Positions 1 to 12,100 of a stretch of 64,000 bases of DNA are shown here, one piece after another. Both the position numbers and the translations under genes were made by a program. Numbering within the stretch: position 1 is the first letter of the stretch; every line of letters starts with the position of its first letter. The notes under the pieces were generated by a model, which saw nothing but the letters and a program-made list of their open reading frames with translations, did no database searches and had not been told where the DNA came from. The stretch is from Polaromonas sp. (lineage in GTDB: Bacteria; Pseudomonadota; Gammaproteobacteria; Burkholderiales; Burkholderiaceae_C). The stretch spans positions 1,350 through 65,349 of the forward strand of contig JBCKNC010000001.1 in NCBI GenBank assembly GCA_038902915.1, in the 5' to 3' direction.

Positions 1-811
1 GCATGATGCCGATAAAGGTCCCGATCAGGCTGCAGCGTATCGTGAGCCAGAAGTGCCGGAACGTGTCCTTCACCCCTTCGAGGGCTCCTCTGGTAAGGCG
101 GCCGGGCGGCACGTTGCCGGCGATCGAGGTGCCGCGCACGACGAGGTCGATGATTTCAGGAATCGCGAAGATGCCGACCAGCACCGGCACCAGATCGAGG
201 CCGCCCCACAGGTATAGCGTATCGAGGGTAAAGCGGGCGATGCCGGCCTGGGGATCCTGGCCCACCGTGGCGAACAACAGGCCCAGCCCGCCGACAAGAA
301 AACCGCGCAGCATGCCGCGTGTGCCCTGGGCACTCAGCGAAGCGATGAACGCGAGGCCCACGATGGTAAGCATGAACAGCTCGGGCGAGCCGAAGGTAAG
401 AACGAGGGGCCGCACGATCGGAATGGCGAGGGCGAGCGCGAACGCGCCCACCACCGCGCCGATCAGCGAGCTCATGAGGGCAGCCCCAAGGGCGCGCCCG
501 GCTTCGCCTTTCTTTGTCATGGCGTGACCATCCATGATGAGCGCGGCGCTGGTTGCTTCGCCCGGGACGCCAAACAGCACGGACGTGATGTCGCCAGTGG
601 TGGAGACCACCGCATGCATCCCGAGCAGGAACGCAAACGCCTCGACCGGCTGCATCGTGTAGATGAACGGCAGCATCAGCGCAAGCGTAGTCGCGCCCCC
701 CAGCCCGGGAAGGAGTCCGACCCAGAAGCCTATCGCCACTCCGAGCAGCATGAAGGCAAACGCCTTCCACTGCAGGACGAGGAGCAGGCCCTCGAAAAAG
801 GTCTCGATCAC
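1..811 (-). CDS. tctA: Tripartite tricarboxylate transporter large permease TctA (runs off window start)
   Basis: Translated by hand from GTG at 811 (GTGA overlap with tctC stop): VIETFFEGLL...VGLLPGLGGATTLALMLP...GDITSVLFGVPGEATSAALIMDGHAMTKKGEAGRAL, typical TctA motifs; not in ORF track. Confidence 0.9.
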   Translation of the reverse strand, partial: MIETFFEGLLLVLQWKAFAFMLLGVAIGFWVGLLPGLGGATTLALMLPFIYTMQPVEAFAFLLGMHAVVSTTGDITSVLFGVPGEATSAALIMDGHAMTKKGEAGRALGAALMSSLIGAVVGAFALALAIPIVRPLVLTFGSPELFMLTIVGLAFIASLSAQGTRGMLRGFLVGGLGLLFATVGQDPQAGIARFTLDTLYLWGGLDLVPVLVGIFAIPEIIDLVVRGTSIAGNVPPGRLTRGALEGVKDTFRHFWLTIRCSLIGTFIGIM

Positions 812-1818
812 TCGCCGAACTTGATGTACTTGCTGAACTCGTCGACGACGTCTTTAGGCTGCGACAGCATCTCTTTCACGATCTTGAGCGCCTCGTCGCC
901 GGAAATGAACTCGAGATCCAGCCTTGCTTTCTTGGCCTCCGCGATCAGTTCCGGATCATTGATGGCATTCCTGAAGGCTTCCCGCATTATCTTGACGGCT
1001 TCATCAGGCGTGCCCGGCGGCATCACGTAGGGGCGGCCGATCACTTCCGGGGCTGAACGCAGCGCCATGATGACTTTCGCGCGCGGCGTGGTGGCGAGAT
1101 CCTCGTCGACCGGGAGATGTTCGATGCCCGGCTCGCTGGAGCGCCCGCGCACAACCGGATGCACGACCTTGCGATCGATGAAGGAGCGCATGGAACTGAA
1201 TGATCCGGCGCGCCCGTCGACCTCTTTGCGCTCGATCGCGAGCATGATGTCGGCGCTGCTTTTATAGCCGCTCACGATCTTGAGGTTGATGCCGAGAAAT
1301 TCCTTCAGGAGTAGGGGGAAGTCGTAGGTGCTGGCCCCCGGTCCGGTCGCGCCGATGACGATAGTTTTGCCGGACTTTCTGAGTTCGTCGAAATTCTTGT
1401 ACGGGAGGTCGGAGCGGATCGCAAGGACCGTGGTTTCGCTCGCCGCCGACCCGATCCACGCGAACTTCATCATGTCGAACTTCACCCCGTCCACTTTCAC
1501 CATCTGGCCGATCGGGAGGTTGCGGTTGAACGTCCCGATGGTGAGCCCGTCAGGCTTGGCCACGTTGTAGATGTGGTTGGCCGAGATAAGGCTGTTCGCC
1601 CCCGGCATGTTCTGCACGATAACGGTGGGCTTGCCGGGGATGTATTTCGGAAGATGTCTGGCGAGCAGGCGTGCCGTGGCGTCATAGCCGCCGCCGGGAC
1701 TGTATCCGACCACGATAGTGACTGTTTTCCCCTCATAGCGGGAAGGCTGGGCCTCCCCGACCCGGGGCGCGAGGGCCATCAGCGTGAAGACTGTAACGAG
1801 CGCGAGAGTACTTTTCAT
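808..1818 (-). CDS. Tripartite tricarboxylate transporter substrate-binding protein (TctC/Bug family)
   Basis: Signal peptide; KTVTIVVGYSPGGGYDATAR, VQNMPGA, AKPDGLTIG motifs. Confidence 0.9.
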   Translation of the reverse strand: MKSTLALVTVFTLMALAPRVGEAQPSRYEGKTVTIVVGYSPGGGYDATARLLARHLPKYIPGKPTVIVQNMPGANSLISANHIYNVAKPDGLTIGTFNRNLPIGQMVKVDGVKFDMMKFAWIGSAASETTVLAIRSDLPYKNFDELRKSGKTIVIGATGPGASTYDFPLLLKEFLGINLKIVSGYKSSADIMLAIERKEVDGRAGSFSSMRSFIDRKVVHPVVRGRSSEPGIEHLPVDEDLATTPRAKVIMALRSAPEVIGRPYVMPPGTPDEAVKIMREAFRNAINDPELIAEAKKARLDLEFISGDEALKIVKEMLSQPKDVVDEFSKYIKFGE

Positions 1819-2220
1819 AAACTTTTCCTTTTTTGTCTTTGCCCGTTAGTGGATCTGCTGCGAGTGCGCTGGTTGGTCCGAGGACGTTTCCGGCGCCATT
1901 CAAGGCTCGGGAATTCATGATATCAAAAGAATGGGGCAATATCCGCACGTATTAACGACTAACCGTACAGTCGGCCCCGACGGGAGAACTTCTTGCCGGC
2001 CGGGATGTGTCCATGCTTCAAAACGCCCGTGGGCGGCGGTATCGTGTATTCGAATGAATCCGGGGAAAATGCATTAAGGATAGGAAATTCAACCGCATGA
2101 GGCCAAGTATGACACCGAAAAGCGTCCTCAAGAGTCGTGCTTTCCCTGATGTGGCGATCTGAATCGTGCCAATTAATGTGGGTGGGCATGAGGCGGTGTA
2201 TTGAGCGAACGGCTCCGTAT

Positions 2221-5200
2221 TCAAACCGTCAACAACCGCTTCAAATACCGCCCTGTATGACTCTCCAGGTTGGCGGCGATTTCTTCGGGCGTTCCCACGC
2301 CCACCACCGTACCGCCGCCTGCGCCGCCCTCAGGCCCCATATCTATGATCCAGTCGGCGGTTTTGATGACATCGAGGTTGTGCTCGATGACGATGATGGT
2401 GTTGCCCGCGTCGCGCAGCTGGTGCAGCACTTTGAGCAGCAAATCAATGTCAGCAAAGTGCAGGCCGGTGGTGGGCTCGTCCAAGATGTAGAGCGTGCGG
2501 CCGGTGTCGCGTTTGCTGAGTTCAAGCGCCAGCTTGACGCGCTGCGCCTCGCCGCCTGACAGCGTTGTCGCCGCCTGGCCGAGCTTGATGTAACTCAGGC
2601 CCACGTCGAGCAGTGTGTGCAGCTTGCGGGCAATCACTGGCAGAGCTTTAAAAAACTCTGCAGCGGCTTCGACCGTGAGGTCCAGGATTTGCGCGATGTT
2701 TTTGCCCTTGTATTGCACCTCCAGCGTTTCGCGGTTGTAGCGCATGCCCTTGCAAACGTCGCAGGGCACGTACACGTCGGGCAAAAAGTGCATTTCGACC
2801 TTGACCACGCCGTCGCCCTGGCAGGCTTCGCAGCGGCCACCGGCCACGTTAAAGCTGAAGCGCCCCGCGCCGTAGCCGCGCTCACGCGCAGTGTTCATCT
2901 CGGCCAGCAGCTCGCGTATCGGCGTGAACAGGCCGGTATAGGTGGCGGGGTTGCTGCGCGGTGTGCGGCCAATCGGCGACTGGTCGACGTTGATGACTTT
3001 GTCGAAGTGCTCAATGCCTTCGATGCTTTCATGCGGCGCGGGCTCTTCATGCGCACGGTACAGCGTGCGGGCGACGGCAGCGTACAGCGTGTCGTTGACC
3101 AGCGTTGATTTGCCCGAACCCGACACACCCGTCACACAGGTCAGCAAACCTACGGGGAATTCGGCACTGACGTTTTTAAGGTTGTGTCCCGTGGCGTTGA
3201 TGACGCGAAGTGCCTGCATGTCGCCCAGCGTGGCGATGTGCTGTGCCTCACGCGCGGCACGGCGCTCGGCTGCCGGGCTGGGCGGAAAACGTGATGGTTT
3301 TTTATTCGCGAACGAATCGGCTTTTTTGACCACGGGCAGCCACGCGCATCGATGCTTGGGTACGGCAATCTTGAGCGTTCGCGCCAGGTATTTCCCGGTC
3401 AGTGAGTTCGGGTTGTCCCGCACTTCTTCAAACGTGCCCTGCGCCATCACGCGGCCACCGTGTATGCCTGCGCCCGGCCCCATATCAATGACGTGGTCAG
3501 CCGCGCGAATCATGTCTTCGTCATGCTCGACTACCAGCACGCTGTTGCCGATGTCGCGCAAATGCTTGAGCGTGCCAATCAGTCTTTCGTTGTCGCGCTG
3601 GTGCAGGCCAATGCTGGGTTCGTCGAGCACATACATCACGCCCGTCAGACCAGAGCCGATTTGCGATGCCAGCCGTATGCGTTGTGATTCGCCGCCCGAG
3701 AGTGTTTCGGCGCTTCGGTCAAGGCTTAAATAGTTCAGGCCCACGTCGTTCAAAAATTTTAGCCGCAGGCCAATCTCGCGCACCACCTTGTCGGCGATCT
3801 CGCCCTTGGCTCCCTGCATTTTCAGGTTGTTGAAATAGGCAAAACTTTCGCCCAGTGTGGCGTGGCTGATCTCGAAGATGGCTTTGCGATCAATCGTTCC
3901 GTCATCAAGCGGTTTGCTGACCAGATACACATGCCGGGCTTCTTCGCGCAGGCGCGTGCCACGGCAATCAGGACAGGGCTGCACGCTGCGGTAGCGGGCC
4001 AGTTCTTCGCGTACCGTGCTGGAGTCGGTCTCGCGGTAGCGGCGTTCAAAGTTGGTAATGACCCCTTCAAACGGATGTTTTTTGGTGACCTTTTTACCAG
4101 CTGAATTACCCGAGTCCATCACATAGCTGAACTTGATCTCTTCGTCACCAGAGCCATGCAGCACCACGTACTGTACGTTCGCAGGCAGGTTCTCAAACGC
4201 GGTGTCAATGTCAAACTGATAGTGCTTGGCCAGGCTTTCAAGCATTGAAAAGTAATACCCGTTGCGCCTGTCCCAGCCCTTGACAGCGCCGCTGGCCAGG
4301 CTGAGTGACGGGAAGGCAACGACACGCGCCGGATCAAAAAATTCCATGTGCCCGAGGCCATCGCAACTCGGGCAGGCACCTACAGGCGAGTTGAATGAAA
4401 ACAGCCGTGGCTCCATTTCACTGAGCGAATAGCTGCACACCGGGCATGAAAACTTGGCGCTGAACAAATGCTCTTTGCCGCTGTCCATCTCCAGCGCAAT
4501 CGCCTTGCCGTCGGCCAGGCGCAGTGCGGCTTCAAAGCTCTCGGCCAAGCGCTGCTGCATATCAGTCCGTACCTTGATGCGGTCAATCACCACATCAATA
4601 TTGTGTTTTTCGGTCTTCTTGAGTTTGGGAAGGTCATCGAACTCATACGACACGCCAGCCACCCGAAAGCGCACATAGCCCTGGGCCTGCATCTCGGCAA
4701 ACACATCAACGAATTCACCCTTGCGGTCGCGCGCCACGGGCGCAAGAATCATCAGTTTGGTGTCTTCCGGCAAAGCCAGCGCATGGTCCACCATCTCGCT
4801 GACGCTTTGCGCCTGCAAGGGCAAATCGTGTAGCGGACAAAACGCTGTACCGGCCCTGGCAAACAGCAGGCGCAGGTAGTCGTGAATTTCAGTCACCGTG
4901 CCGACGGTGGAGCGTGGGTTGTGGCTGGTGGCTTTTTGCTCGATGGAAATGGCCGGCGACAAGCCCTCGATCATGTCCACATCGGGCTTGTCCATCAATT
5001 GTAAAAACTGCCGCGCGTAAGTGCTCAGGCTTTCCACATAACGCCGCTGACCTTCGGCATACAGGGTGTCAAAGGCGAGAGATGATTTGCCCGAACCGCT
5101 CAGGCCGGTGATGACGACCAGCTGGTTGCGCGGAATATCGAGGTCGATATTTTTCAGGTTGTGCGTGCGCGCGCCGCGAATGCTGATTTTCTGCGCACGG

Positions 5201-5241
5201 AGTGCGTTGGCCAAATACCTGCTGTCGTCGGGAGAGGTCAC
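2221..5241 (-). CDS. uvrA: Excinuclease ABC subunit A
   Basis: [11 protein letters not shown], two Walker A motifs ([16 protein letters not shown]), two LSGGE signatures, Zn fingers; GTG start at 5241 chosen to avoid overlap with the divergent MFS gene. Confidence 0.97.
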   Translation of the reverse strand: MTSPDDSRYLANALRAQKISIRGARTHNLKNIDLDIPRNQLVVITGLSGSGKSSLAFDTLYAEGQRRYVESLSTYARQFLQLMDKPDVDMIEGLSPAISIEQKATSHNPRSTVGTVTEIHDYLRLLFARAGTAFCPLHDLPLQAQSVSEMVDHALALPEDTKLMILAPVARDRKGEFVDVFAEMQAQGYVRFRVAGVSYEFDDLPKLKKTEKHNIDVVIDRIKVRTDMQQRLAESFEAALRLADGKAIALEMDSGKEHLFSAKFSCPVCSYSLSEMEPRLFSFNSPVGACPSCDGLGHMEFFDPARVVAFPSLSLASGAVKGWDRRNGYYFSMLESLAKHYQFDIDTAFENLPANVQYVVLHGSGDEEIKFSYVMDSGNSAGKKVTKKHPFEGVITNFERRYRETDSSTVREELARYRSVQPCPDCRGTRLREEARHVYLVSKPLDDGTIDRKAIFEISHATLGESFAYFNNLKMQGAKGEIADKVVREIGLRLKFLNDVGLNYLSLDRSAETLSGGESQRIRLASQIGSGLTGVMYVLDEPSIGLHQRDNERLIGTLKHLRDIGNSVLVVEHDEDMIRAADHVIDMGPGAGIHGGRVMAQGTFEEVRDNPNSLTGKYLARTLKIAVPKHRCAWLPVVKKADSFANKKPSRFPPSPAAERRAAREAQHIATLGDMQALRVINATGHNLKNVSAEFPVGLLTCVTGVSGSGKSTLVNDTLYAAVARTLYRAHEEPAPHESIEGIEHFDKVINVDQSPIGRTPRSNPATYTGLFTPIRELLAEMNTARERGYGAGRFSFNVAGGRCEACQGDGVVKVEMHFLPDVYVPCDVCKGMRYNRETLEVQYKGKNIAQILDLTVEAAAEFFKALPVIARKLHTLLDVGLSYIKLGQAATTLSGGEAQRVKLALELSKRDTGRTLYILDEPTTGLHFADIDLLLKVLHQLRDAGNTIIVIEHNLDVIKTADWIIDMGPEGGAGGGTVVGVGTPEEIAANLESHTGRYLKRLLTV

Positions 5242-5331
5242 TGAAATGCCCAAGCCACAAAACTCTCCATCATAGCTTTCAAGCACAATACGGCCTTGAC
5301 CCAGCCTACCGTTCCCCACCCGTCCGATGCC

Positions 5332-6513
5332 ATGACCGCTACCGAGCGGCGCGCCAGCGCGTCGCTGGCCTCGATTTTTGCGCTGCGCATGTTGGGGCTG
5401 TTTTTGGTGCTCCCGGTGTTTGCGCTGGAAGCTGCCAAGTACCCCGGTGGCGATGACCCTGCGCGCGTGGGCCTGGTAATGGGCATTTACGGCTTAACGC
5501 AAGCCCTGCTGCAAATCCCCTTTGGGCTGGCATCTGATTGGTGGGGGCGCAAGCCGGTGATGGTGGCTGGCCTGCTGGTGTTTGCGCTGGGCAGTTTTGT
5601 GGCCGCCTGGGCACCCGATTTGAACTGGCTGATTGCGGGTCGCTCGCTACAGGGCGCGGGCGCGATTTCAGCCGCCGTGACGGCCATGCTGACCGACCTG
5701 ACGCGCGATGAAGTCCGTACCAAGGCGATGGCGCAGGTGGGTGGCAGCATCGCGCTGATGTTTGCGCTGTCGCTGGTGGCTGCGCCACTGCTGGCCAGCC
5801 GCATCGGCCTTGCCGGCCTGTTTGCGCTGACCGCCTCGCTGGCGCTGGCGGCGATTGCGGCCGTGATCTGGTGGGTGCCGCCTGAACCCCTCAAACACGC
5901 CAACTCGCCGCGTGGCAGCATGCTGGAGGTGCTCGGGCAGCCGGCATTGCTGCGCCTGGATTTTGGTGTTTTTGTATTACATGCCGTGCAGCTCGCCATG
6001 TGGCTCGCCATTCCGGCACTGCTGGTAGCCAGCGGGCTGGGCGCGGCAAACCATTGGCAGGTATACCTGCCAGTGGTGCTGGCATCGTTTGTAGTGATGG
6101 GCAGCACGCTTTTCCCGCTCGAAAAACGCGGCTACCTGCGGGCCGTGTTTCTGGCTGCTGTCGGTCTGATTTTTGTGGTGCAGCTAGGCTTGCTCTGGGT
6201 GTCCAGCATGGCTGTGCCAAGCTTGGGTTTACTGGGCATCTTGCTGTTTTTATTTTTCTGCGGCTTCAATGTGCTGGAGGCCAGCCAGCCCAGCCTGGCC
6301 TCGCGCGCTGCACCGGCGCATTCGCGCGGGGCAGCGCTGGGGGTTTACAACACGCTGCAGTCGCTAGGGTTTTTTGTGGGCGGTGCAGTGGGTGGCTGGA
6401 TCACCAAAAACTACGGCGTGCAGGGTCTTTTTATGGCTTGCAGTGGCCTGCTGTTGTTGTGGCTCGCCGTCACATGGAAGATGACCGCCCCACCCCACGC
6501 AGGTAAACTGTAG
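5332..6513 (+). CDS. MFS transporter, YajR-like
   Basis: About 12 hydrophobic segments, ASDWWGRK motif A; usual position between uvrA and ssb. Confidence 0.88.
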   Translation: MTATERRASASLASIFALRMLGLFLVLPVFALEAAKYPGGDDPARVGLVMGIYGLTQALLQIPFGLASDWWGRKPVMVAGLLVFALGSFVAAWAPDLNWLIAGRSLQGAGAISAAVTAMLTDLTRDEVRTKAMAQVGGSIALMFALSLVAAPLLASRIGLAGLFALTASLALAAIAAVIWWVPPEPLKHANSPRGSMLEVLGQPALLRLDFGVFVLHAVQLAMWLAIPALLVASGLGAANHWQVYLPVVLASFVVMGSTLFPLEKRGYLRAVFLAAVGLIFVVQLGLLWVSSMAVPSLGLLGILLFLFFCGFNVLEASQPSLASRAAPAHSRGAALGVYNTLQSLGFFVGGAVGGWITKNYGVQGLFMACSGLLLLWLAVTWKMTAPPHAGKL

Positions 6514-6531
6514 AACTTAGGAGAACACACC

Positions 6532-7041
6532 ATGGCCTCAGTCAATAAAGTCATTATCGTCGGCAATTTGGGCGCAGACCCCGAGCATCGAGCCTTTCCG
6601 AGCGGCGATATGGTCGCCAACGTCACTATCGCCACTACCGACCGGTGGAAAGATAAGCAGTCTGGCGAAATGAAGGACGCCACCGAATGGCACCGTGTGG
6701 TCTTCAACGGCCGGTTGGCCGAGATCGCTGTCCAGTACCTGCGCAAGGGTTCGCAGGTGTATGTCGAGGGCTCTCTTCGCACACGAAAGTGGACCGACAA
6801 GACCGGTGTTGATAAATACACCACCGAAATCCGCGCTGACCGGTTGCAGATGCTCGGCAGCCGCGAGGGTAGGGGCGAGCAGCCTACGCATGACGATGAC
6901 GGGTTCGGTGGTGGTCAGGCTTATTCACGTCCGGCACCCGCGTCGCGTCCCGCAGCGCCGCCGCAGCCGCAGCCTTCGGCCCCGGCTCAAACCAAGCCGC
7001 CGAGCGGTTTCGACGATATGGATGACGACATTCCGTTTTGA
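6532..7041 (+). CDS. ssb: Single-stranded DNA-binding protein
   Basis: [14 protein letters not shown]...C-terminal DDDIPF; RBS AGGAG upstream. Confidence 0.98.
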   Translation: MASVNKVIIVGNLGADPEHRAFPSGDMVANVTIATTDRWKDKQSGEMKDATEWHRVVFNGRLAEIAVQYLRKGSQVYVEGSLRTRKWTDKTGVDKYTTEIRADRLQMLGSREGRGEQPTHDDDGFGGGQAYSRPAPASRPAAPPQPQPSAPAQTKPPSGFDDMDDDIPF

Positions 7042-7046
7042 CTTTT

Positions 7047-7162
7047 GGGTGCTTCTAGAAATTCAGATTTTCGGGATGAAGTGTAAGGCGCGTGTCGCAT
7101 CGCCCTTTGGGCTCATGCGAGGGTCGGCAATTCGCCCGAAAAATGAATTTATAGAAGTACCC
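7047..7162. mobile_element. MITE family M1, short copy without REP-like cargo
   Basis: Terminal inverted repeats GGGTGCTTCTAGAAATTCAGATTTTCGGG / CCCGAAAAATGAATTTATAGAAGTACCC; same ends at 15918 and 42108; right end overlaps the kup TAG stop. Confidence 0.8.
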
Positions 7163-9030
7163 TAAATTTCGATCTTGCCACCCAGCTCTACCACCGCGTT
7201 ATTGGGCAGCTTCAGAAAGTCCGCCGCGCCGCTGGCGTTATGGTGCATCTGCGCAAACAGCTTTTCGCGCCAGAGCGCCATGCCGCCGCCTATGCTCGGC
7301 ACCACCACGTCGCGCGAGAGGAAATAGCTGGTGGTCATGACGTCCAGTTCGCAGCCGCGCGTGCGCATTTGCTGCAGGGCTTTGGGCACGTCCGGGTCAT
7401 TTTTGAAGCCGTAATGCGCGATGACCTGCCAGCAGTGGTGGCCCAGGGACTCGATTTCCAGCCGCTTTTCCATGCCTATCCATGGCACTTCATGGTTGCG
7501 CACGGTGACAAACAGGTTTTGCTCATGCAGCACCTTGTTGTGTTTGAGGTTGTGCAGCATGGCATTCGGCACGGCGCCTGGTTCGGCGGTCAGAAAGACG
7601 GCCGTGCCCTCGACGCGGGCCGGCGGGCTGACAAAGACCGCCTCCAGAAAGCTGGGCAGGTCGATCGCATCGGTGCGTAGCTTCTGGTTGAGCAGCTCTC
7701 GCCCCTGCTTCCAGGTCATCATGATGGTGAACATGGCCAGGCCGATCAGCACCGGGAACCAGCCGCCCTCGACAAACTTCAGCACGTTGGACGTGAAGAA
7801 CATCAAATCGACCAGGAAGAAGATGCCGGTGGCCGCGATGCACAGAGCCAGCGGAAGCTTCCACGCGTAGCGGATCACGAAGAAGGTCAGTACCGTGGTG
7901 ATCAGCATGTCGATGGTCACGGCGATGCCGTAGGCCGACGCGAGGTTGGTGGAGTTCTTGAACAGGGCGACCGCCACCACAATGGCGGCGAACAGCGACC
8001 AATTCACGGCGGGGATGTAGATCTGGCCGGTTTCATGCACCGAGGTGTGGCGGATCTGCATGCGCGGCAGGTAGCCCATCTGGATGGCCTGCTTGCTGAC
8101 CGAAAAAGCCGCCGACAGCAGCGCCTGCGAAGCAATCACCGTGGCCGCGGTCGCCAGAATGACCAGCGGCACCAGCGCCCACTTGGGCGCCATCAGGTAA
8201 AACGGGTTGGTCACCGACTCGGGCGTGTAGATCAGCATCGCGCCCTGGCCGAAATAGTTGATCAGCAGCGCCGGCATGACCAGCGCAAACCAGGCCATGC
8301 GAATCGGCTTTTTGCCGAAGTGGCCGAGGTCGGCGTACAGTGCCTCGGTGCCGGTGACACACAGCACCAGCGCGCCCAGCAAAATAAAGGTGGTGCCTGG
8401 ATGCTGGAAGATGAAGCGCAGCGCGTGATGCGGGCTGACAGCGGCCAGCACTTCCGGGTGCGCCAGGATGTGCGGGATGCCCAGCGCTGCAATGGTGACA
8501 AACCAGACCACACAGACCGGCCCGAACAGCCGGCCTATGCCGGTGGTGCCGTTCTTCTGGACGTAGAACAGCCCGAAGATGACCACCAGTGCGATGGGCA
8601 TGATGTAAGGCTTGAAGGCGGGCGAGAGCAGTTCCAGGCCCTCGACCGCTGACAGCACCGAGATTGCCGGCGTGATGACGCCGTCGCCGTAGAAAATCGC
8701 CGTGCCAAAGATGCCCACCGCCAGCAGCCAGCGTCGCAGTTTGGGCTTGTCGTTGACCGCATTGGTGGCCAGCGCCAGCATGGCAATCAGCCCGCCCTCG
8801 CCGTTGTTGTCGGCGCGCATGATGAGCGTGACGTATTTCAGCGAAACAATCACCGTCACGGTCCAGAAGACCATCGACAGGATGCCGTAGACGTTGTCCG
8901 GGGTCAGGGGCACGTAACCCGAGTTGAAGACGACCTTGAGCGCATACAGCACGCTGGTGCCGATGTCGCCGTAAACAATGCCGATGGCGCCCAGGGTGAG
9001 CGCCGCGAGAGATGATTTTTTACTGGACAC
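7162..9030 (-). CDS. kup: Potassium uptake transporter Kup
   Basis: [42 protein letters not shown] motifs. Confidence 0.96.
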   Translation of the reverse strand: MSSKKSSLAALTLGAIGIVYGDIGTSVLYALKVVFNSGYVPLTPDNVYGILSMVFWTVTVIVSLKYVTLIMRADNNGEGGLIAMLALATNAVNDKPKLRRWLLAVGIFGTAIFYGDGVITPAISVLSAVEGLELLSPAFKPYIMPIALVVIFGLFYVQKNGTTGIGRLFGPVCVVWFVTIAALGIPHILAHPEVLAAVSPHHALRFIFQHPGTTFILLGALVLCVTGTEALYADLGHFGKKPIRMAWFALVMPALLINYFGQGAMLIYTPESVTNPFYLMAPKWALVPLVILATAATVIASQALLSAAFSVSKQAIQMGYLPRMQIRHTSVHETGQIYIPAVNWSLFAAIVVAVALFKNSTNLASAYGIAVTIDMLITTVLTFFVIRYAWKLPLALCIAATGIFFLVDLMFFTSNVLKFVEGGWFPVLIGLAMFTIMMTWKQGRELLNQKLRTDAIDLPSFLEAVFVSPPARVEGTAVFLTAEPGAVPNAMLHNLKHNKVLHEQNLFVTVRNHEVPWIGMEKRLEIESLGHHCWQVIAHYGFKNDPDVPKALQQMRTRGCELDVMTTSYFLSRDVVVPSIGGGMALWREKLFAQMHHNASGAADFLKLPNNAVVELGGKIEI

Positions 9031-9199
9031 AAAAAATTCCCGACTTTGATCTGGCTCTGACTGGTGTCAGACCCGAACCGCGGGAATGGTTAGCTTGAGG
9101 AACGCTATTTTGCGCTCAGGCTGGGTGCTTGCAAGTCGCTTACCCCCTAAGTGCAAAAAAATCCAGCCAAAGCGGATTTGTGTTGCAGTGCAACAACTG

Positions 9200-9348
9200 G
9201 CCGAGTTATTGGGGTCAGACACCAATTTCGCAGCGGTGCGAAGCACCGCCCCCGGAGGGCGAGCCGTAGGCTCAGCGAATTTGGGCTCTGACCCCAAAAA
9301 CCCAGCCGAAGGCTAGTCGCATTTGGGCTCTGACCCCAAAAACTCGGC
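9200..9348. repeat. GGGGTCAGA palindromic element, type A, with duplicated right arm
   Basis: TTATTGGGGTCAGACACCAATTTCG-[3 hairpins]-CGAATTTGGGCTCTGACCCCAAAAA plus a second right arm; abuts the gshA stop. Confidence 0.88.
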
Positions 9349-10674
9349 TCAGTCGTAAACCTCGGCATCCGGATCCGTCGCTTCCAGCTCGTAGCTGGCA
9401 GCCAGCATGGCGAGGCGGCCAATCACGCCGTACATGTAGAAGCGGTTGGGGTTGCTGGAGCCCGGCTTTTCGCCCGACTGGGGTAAGCGCCCACTGTCTG
9501 AAAATGCCAGCGGCACAAAGCTGGCACCGGGTGCACTGAGGTTTTCGTCGACACCGCGTTCAGCGTGGATGCGATAAAAACCACCGACCACATAGCGATC
9601 CATCATGTAGACCACCGGCTCGGCCACTGCGTCGTTCACGCGCTCATTCGTGAGCACGCCTTCCTGGATGATGACCTCTGTCACTGGCGGCATGTCTTTC
9701 GGTGTATTGCCTTTGGGGGTTTTGCCTTTGGGCGTTTTGCGGCTCAACACCTCGAGGTCTTTGACATCGCGCACCGTCATGATGCCCATGCCCTGATTGC
9801 CATAGCTGCCGCGAATTCCGTTATCGGCTTTGACGACCACAAACGGCTTTTCATTGATGCCGTATTCTTTGTACCTGCGGCGGATTTTGCCCAGCAGCGC
9901 ATCAACATTGGTGCTCAGGCAGTCCATGCCAATGCCTTCGACCAGGTTGACTTCACCGCACTGCGCAAACATCGGGTTGATGAGCCAGGGGTCTATGCCC
10001 AGCAGCTTGCCAAAGCGTTTGGAGATTTCTTCGTAGGCCTTGAAGTGCCTGGACATGCGGCGCACCGAGCGGCTGGCGTGCAGCGGCGGCAGCAGGTACT
10101 GCTCGTTCAAGTCTTCCAGAATGCCGGGGATGCCTGCCGACAAATCGTTGTTCAGCAAGATGGTGCAGGGGTCAAAGTCGCTCAAGCAGAGGCGGCGGTC
10201 GGTGCGGATAAGCGGCTCAATCAGAACCGACTCGCCGGTCGGCAGCGTCAAGGTGGTGGGTGCTTTGACATCGGCGCTCAAAGAGCCAAAACGCACATTC
10301 AGTCCGGCCTGGTGAAACACCCGCTTGAGCTGCAACAGGCTGGACAAATAAAAGCTGTTGCGCGGGTTGCTCTCGGGCACCACCAGCAGGTTGCGCGCCT
10401 CGGGACAGCTTTTTTCAATCGCCGCCATCGCCGCCTGCACCGCCAGCGGCAGCATCTCGGGCGTGAGGTTGTTCCAGCCGTCGGGGAACAAATTGGTGTC
10501 TACAGGTGCCAGCTTGAAGCCGGCATTGCGCACATCGACCGCGGAGTAAAACGGCGGCGTGTGCTCCATCCATTCAAGCCGGAACCAGCGTTCAATCGCC
10601 GGTGTGGAGTCAAGAACGCGCTGCTCAAGCTCGTTGATGGGGCCGTTCAGGGCGGTGATGAGGTGCGGAACCAT
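9349..10674 (-). CDS. gshA: Glutamate--cysteine ligase, proteobacterial GshA type
   Basis: MVPHLITAL, PPFYSAVDVRNAGFKLAPVDTNLFP, PNRFYMYGVIGRLAMLAASYE. Confidence 0.9.
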   Translation of the reverse strand: MVPHLITALNGPINELEQRVLDSTPAIERWFRLEWMEHTPPFYSAVDVRNAGFKLAPVDTNLFPDGWNNLTPEMLPLAVQAAMAAIEKSCPEARNLLVVPESNPRNSFYLSSLLQLKRVFHQAGLNVRFGSLSADVKAPTTLTLPTGESVLIEPLIRTDRRLCLSDFDPCTILLNNDLSAGIPGILEDLNEQYLLPPLHASRSVRRMSRHFKAYEEISKRFGKLLGIDPWLINPMFAQCGEVNLVEGIGMDCLSTNVDALLGKIRRRYKEYGINEKPFVVVKADNGIRGSYGNQGMGIMTVRDVKDLEVLSRKTPKGKTPKGNTPKDMPPVTEVIIQEGVLTNERVNDAVAEPVVYMMDRYVVGGFYRIHAERGVDENLSAPGASFVPLAFSDSGRLPQSGEKPGSSNPNRFYMYGVIGRLAMLAASYELEATDPDAEVYD

Positions 10675-10711
10675 ACGGCGGCTTTCGATGGGAGATTTTT
10701 TCCAGGCAGCA

Positions 10712-10744
10712 GAGGGTTATTGGCGTCTGACCCCAATAACCCTC
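10712..10744. repeat. Collapsed mini form of the GGGGTCAGA palindrome
   Basis: GAGGGTTATTGG-CGTCTGACC-CCAATAACCCTC, 12-bp stem; same form inside cheB. Confidence 0.8.
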
Positions 10745-10747
10745 CAT

Positions 10748-12046
10748 TCAACCACGTACTTCGCCGTTACCCAAAACGACGTACTTCAGCGATGTCAAAC
10801 CCTCAATGCCGACTGGCCCTCGGGCGTGAAACTTGTCGGTACTGATGCCGATTTCAGCCCCCAGCCCGAACTCGAAACCATCGGCGAAGCGGGTACTTGC
10901 ATTGACCATAACGCTGGCCGAATCGACCTCGCGCAAAAAGCGCTGGGCATGCATGTGGTCGCGCGTGATGATGGCATCGGTGTGGTGACTGGAGTATTTG
11001 TTGATGTGGGTAATAGCCTCATCAACGCCTTCAACCACCTTGATGCTGATGATGGGGGCTAGGTATTCCTCGTACCAGTCGCGTTCAGTTGCATCCACAA
11101 TCGTTTCCTTTTTGATAGCTGGTTGCGCCCGTAAAATAATGGCTGCAGCCGGATCACACCGCATTTCAACGCCTTTTTCAAGAAAAATGGCGGCAATTTT
11201 TGGCAAAAACTCGTCCGCCACACCCTTGGCTACCAGCAAACCCTCGCTGGCATTGCAAGGGCTGTACTTTTCCGTTTTGGCGTTGTCGGCCACCGCTACG
11301 GCCATGGCGATGTCGCAGGGGTCATCGACATAAACATGGCAGTTGCCATCGAGGTGCTTGATGACGGGTACCTTGGCATCGCGGCTGATGCGCTCGATCA
11401 GGCCCTTGCCGCCACGCGGAATAATCAGATCCACAAATTCGGGCATGGCAATCAACAGGCCAACAGCTTCTCGGTCTGTCGTCGGCACCAGTTGCACGGC
11501 CTCCGCTGGCAGGCCAGATTCCAGCAATGACTGCTGAACCAACTCTGCCAGAGCCTTGTTCGACTCAATCGCCTCAGAGCCACCGCGCAGTATGCAGGCG
11601 TTGCCACTTTTGATGGCCAGGCTCGCCGCTTCAATCGTCACGTTCGGGCGGCTCTCGTAAATCATGCCAAACACGCCAATCGGCACGCGCATCTGGCCAA
11701 CACGAATGCCGCTGGGTTGCTGCTTCATACCAATGATCTCGCCAATCACATCGGGCATGGCGGCAAGCTGCTCACAACCGATGGCCACGGTTTCAATGTC
11801 TTTGGGCGTGAGCTTGAGGCGCTCCAGCATGGGGCCAGCCAGACCTGATGCTGTGGCGCGTGCAAGGTCTTTTGCGTTGGCGGCAGCCAATGCCGCAGCG
11901 TTTTGCCGCAGCCGCCCGGCCAAGGCTATCAACGCTTTGTTTTTAACAGCACTAGGGGCGCGTGCCATCTGGCTGGAGGCCGTTTTTGCTGTCAAGCCCA
12001 TGGTCTGCATCAGTTGCATCAGTTGCGGGGTGGTGGTGTCGTTCAT
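10748..12046 (-). CDS. proA: Gamma-glutamyl phosphate reductase
   Basis: [46 protein letters not shown]. Confidence 0.97.
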   Translation of the reverse strand: MNDTTTPQLMQLMQTMGLTAKTASSQMARAPSAVKNKALIALAGRLRQNAAALAAANAKDLARATASGLAGPMLERLKLTPKDIETVAIGCEQLAAMPDVIGEIIGMKQQPSGIRVGQMRVPIGVFGMIYESRPNVTIEAASLAIKSGNACILRGGSEAIESNKALAELVQQSLLESGLPAEAVQLVPTTDREAVGLLIAMPEFVDLIIPRGGKGLIERISRDAKVPVIKHLDGNCHVYVDDPCDIAMAVAVADNAKTEKYSPCNASEGLLVAKGVADEFLPKIAAIFLEKGVEMRCDPAAAIILRAQPAIKKETIVDATERDWYEEYLAPIISIKVVEGVDEAITHINKYSSHHTDAIITRDHMHAQRFLREVDSASVMVNASTRFADGFEFGLGAEIGISTDKFHARGPVGIEGLTSLKYVVLGNGEVRG

Positions 12047-12100
12047 AACCGGTATTTTCACACGTACTGTGACAGCACCGGCGCTGACGGCGATGTGGTG

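Noticed and set aside
1959-2224. Small ORFs between tctC and uvrA
   Set aside because: No recognisable motif, RBS or coding bias.
5242-5319. N-terminal extensions given by the ORF track for uvrA (also oxyR 43625, glcF 36771, rplN 50361, glnK 19601)
   Set aside because: Upstream alternative starts overlap neighbours or lack homology; downstream starts fit the known proteins.
9067-9422. Short ORFs containing LGSDTNF / GSEPKF peptides (also 21665, 42082, 45753, 62190)
   Set aside because: They are read-throughs of the palindromic repeat, not independent genes.
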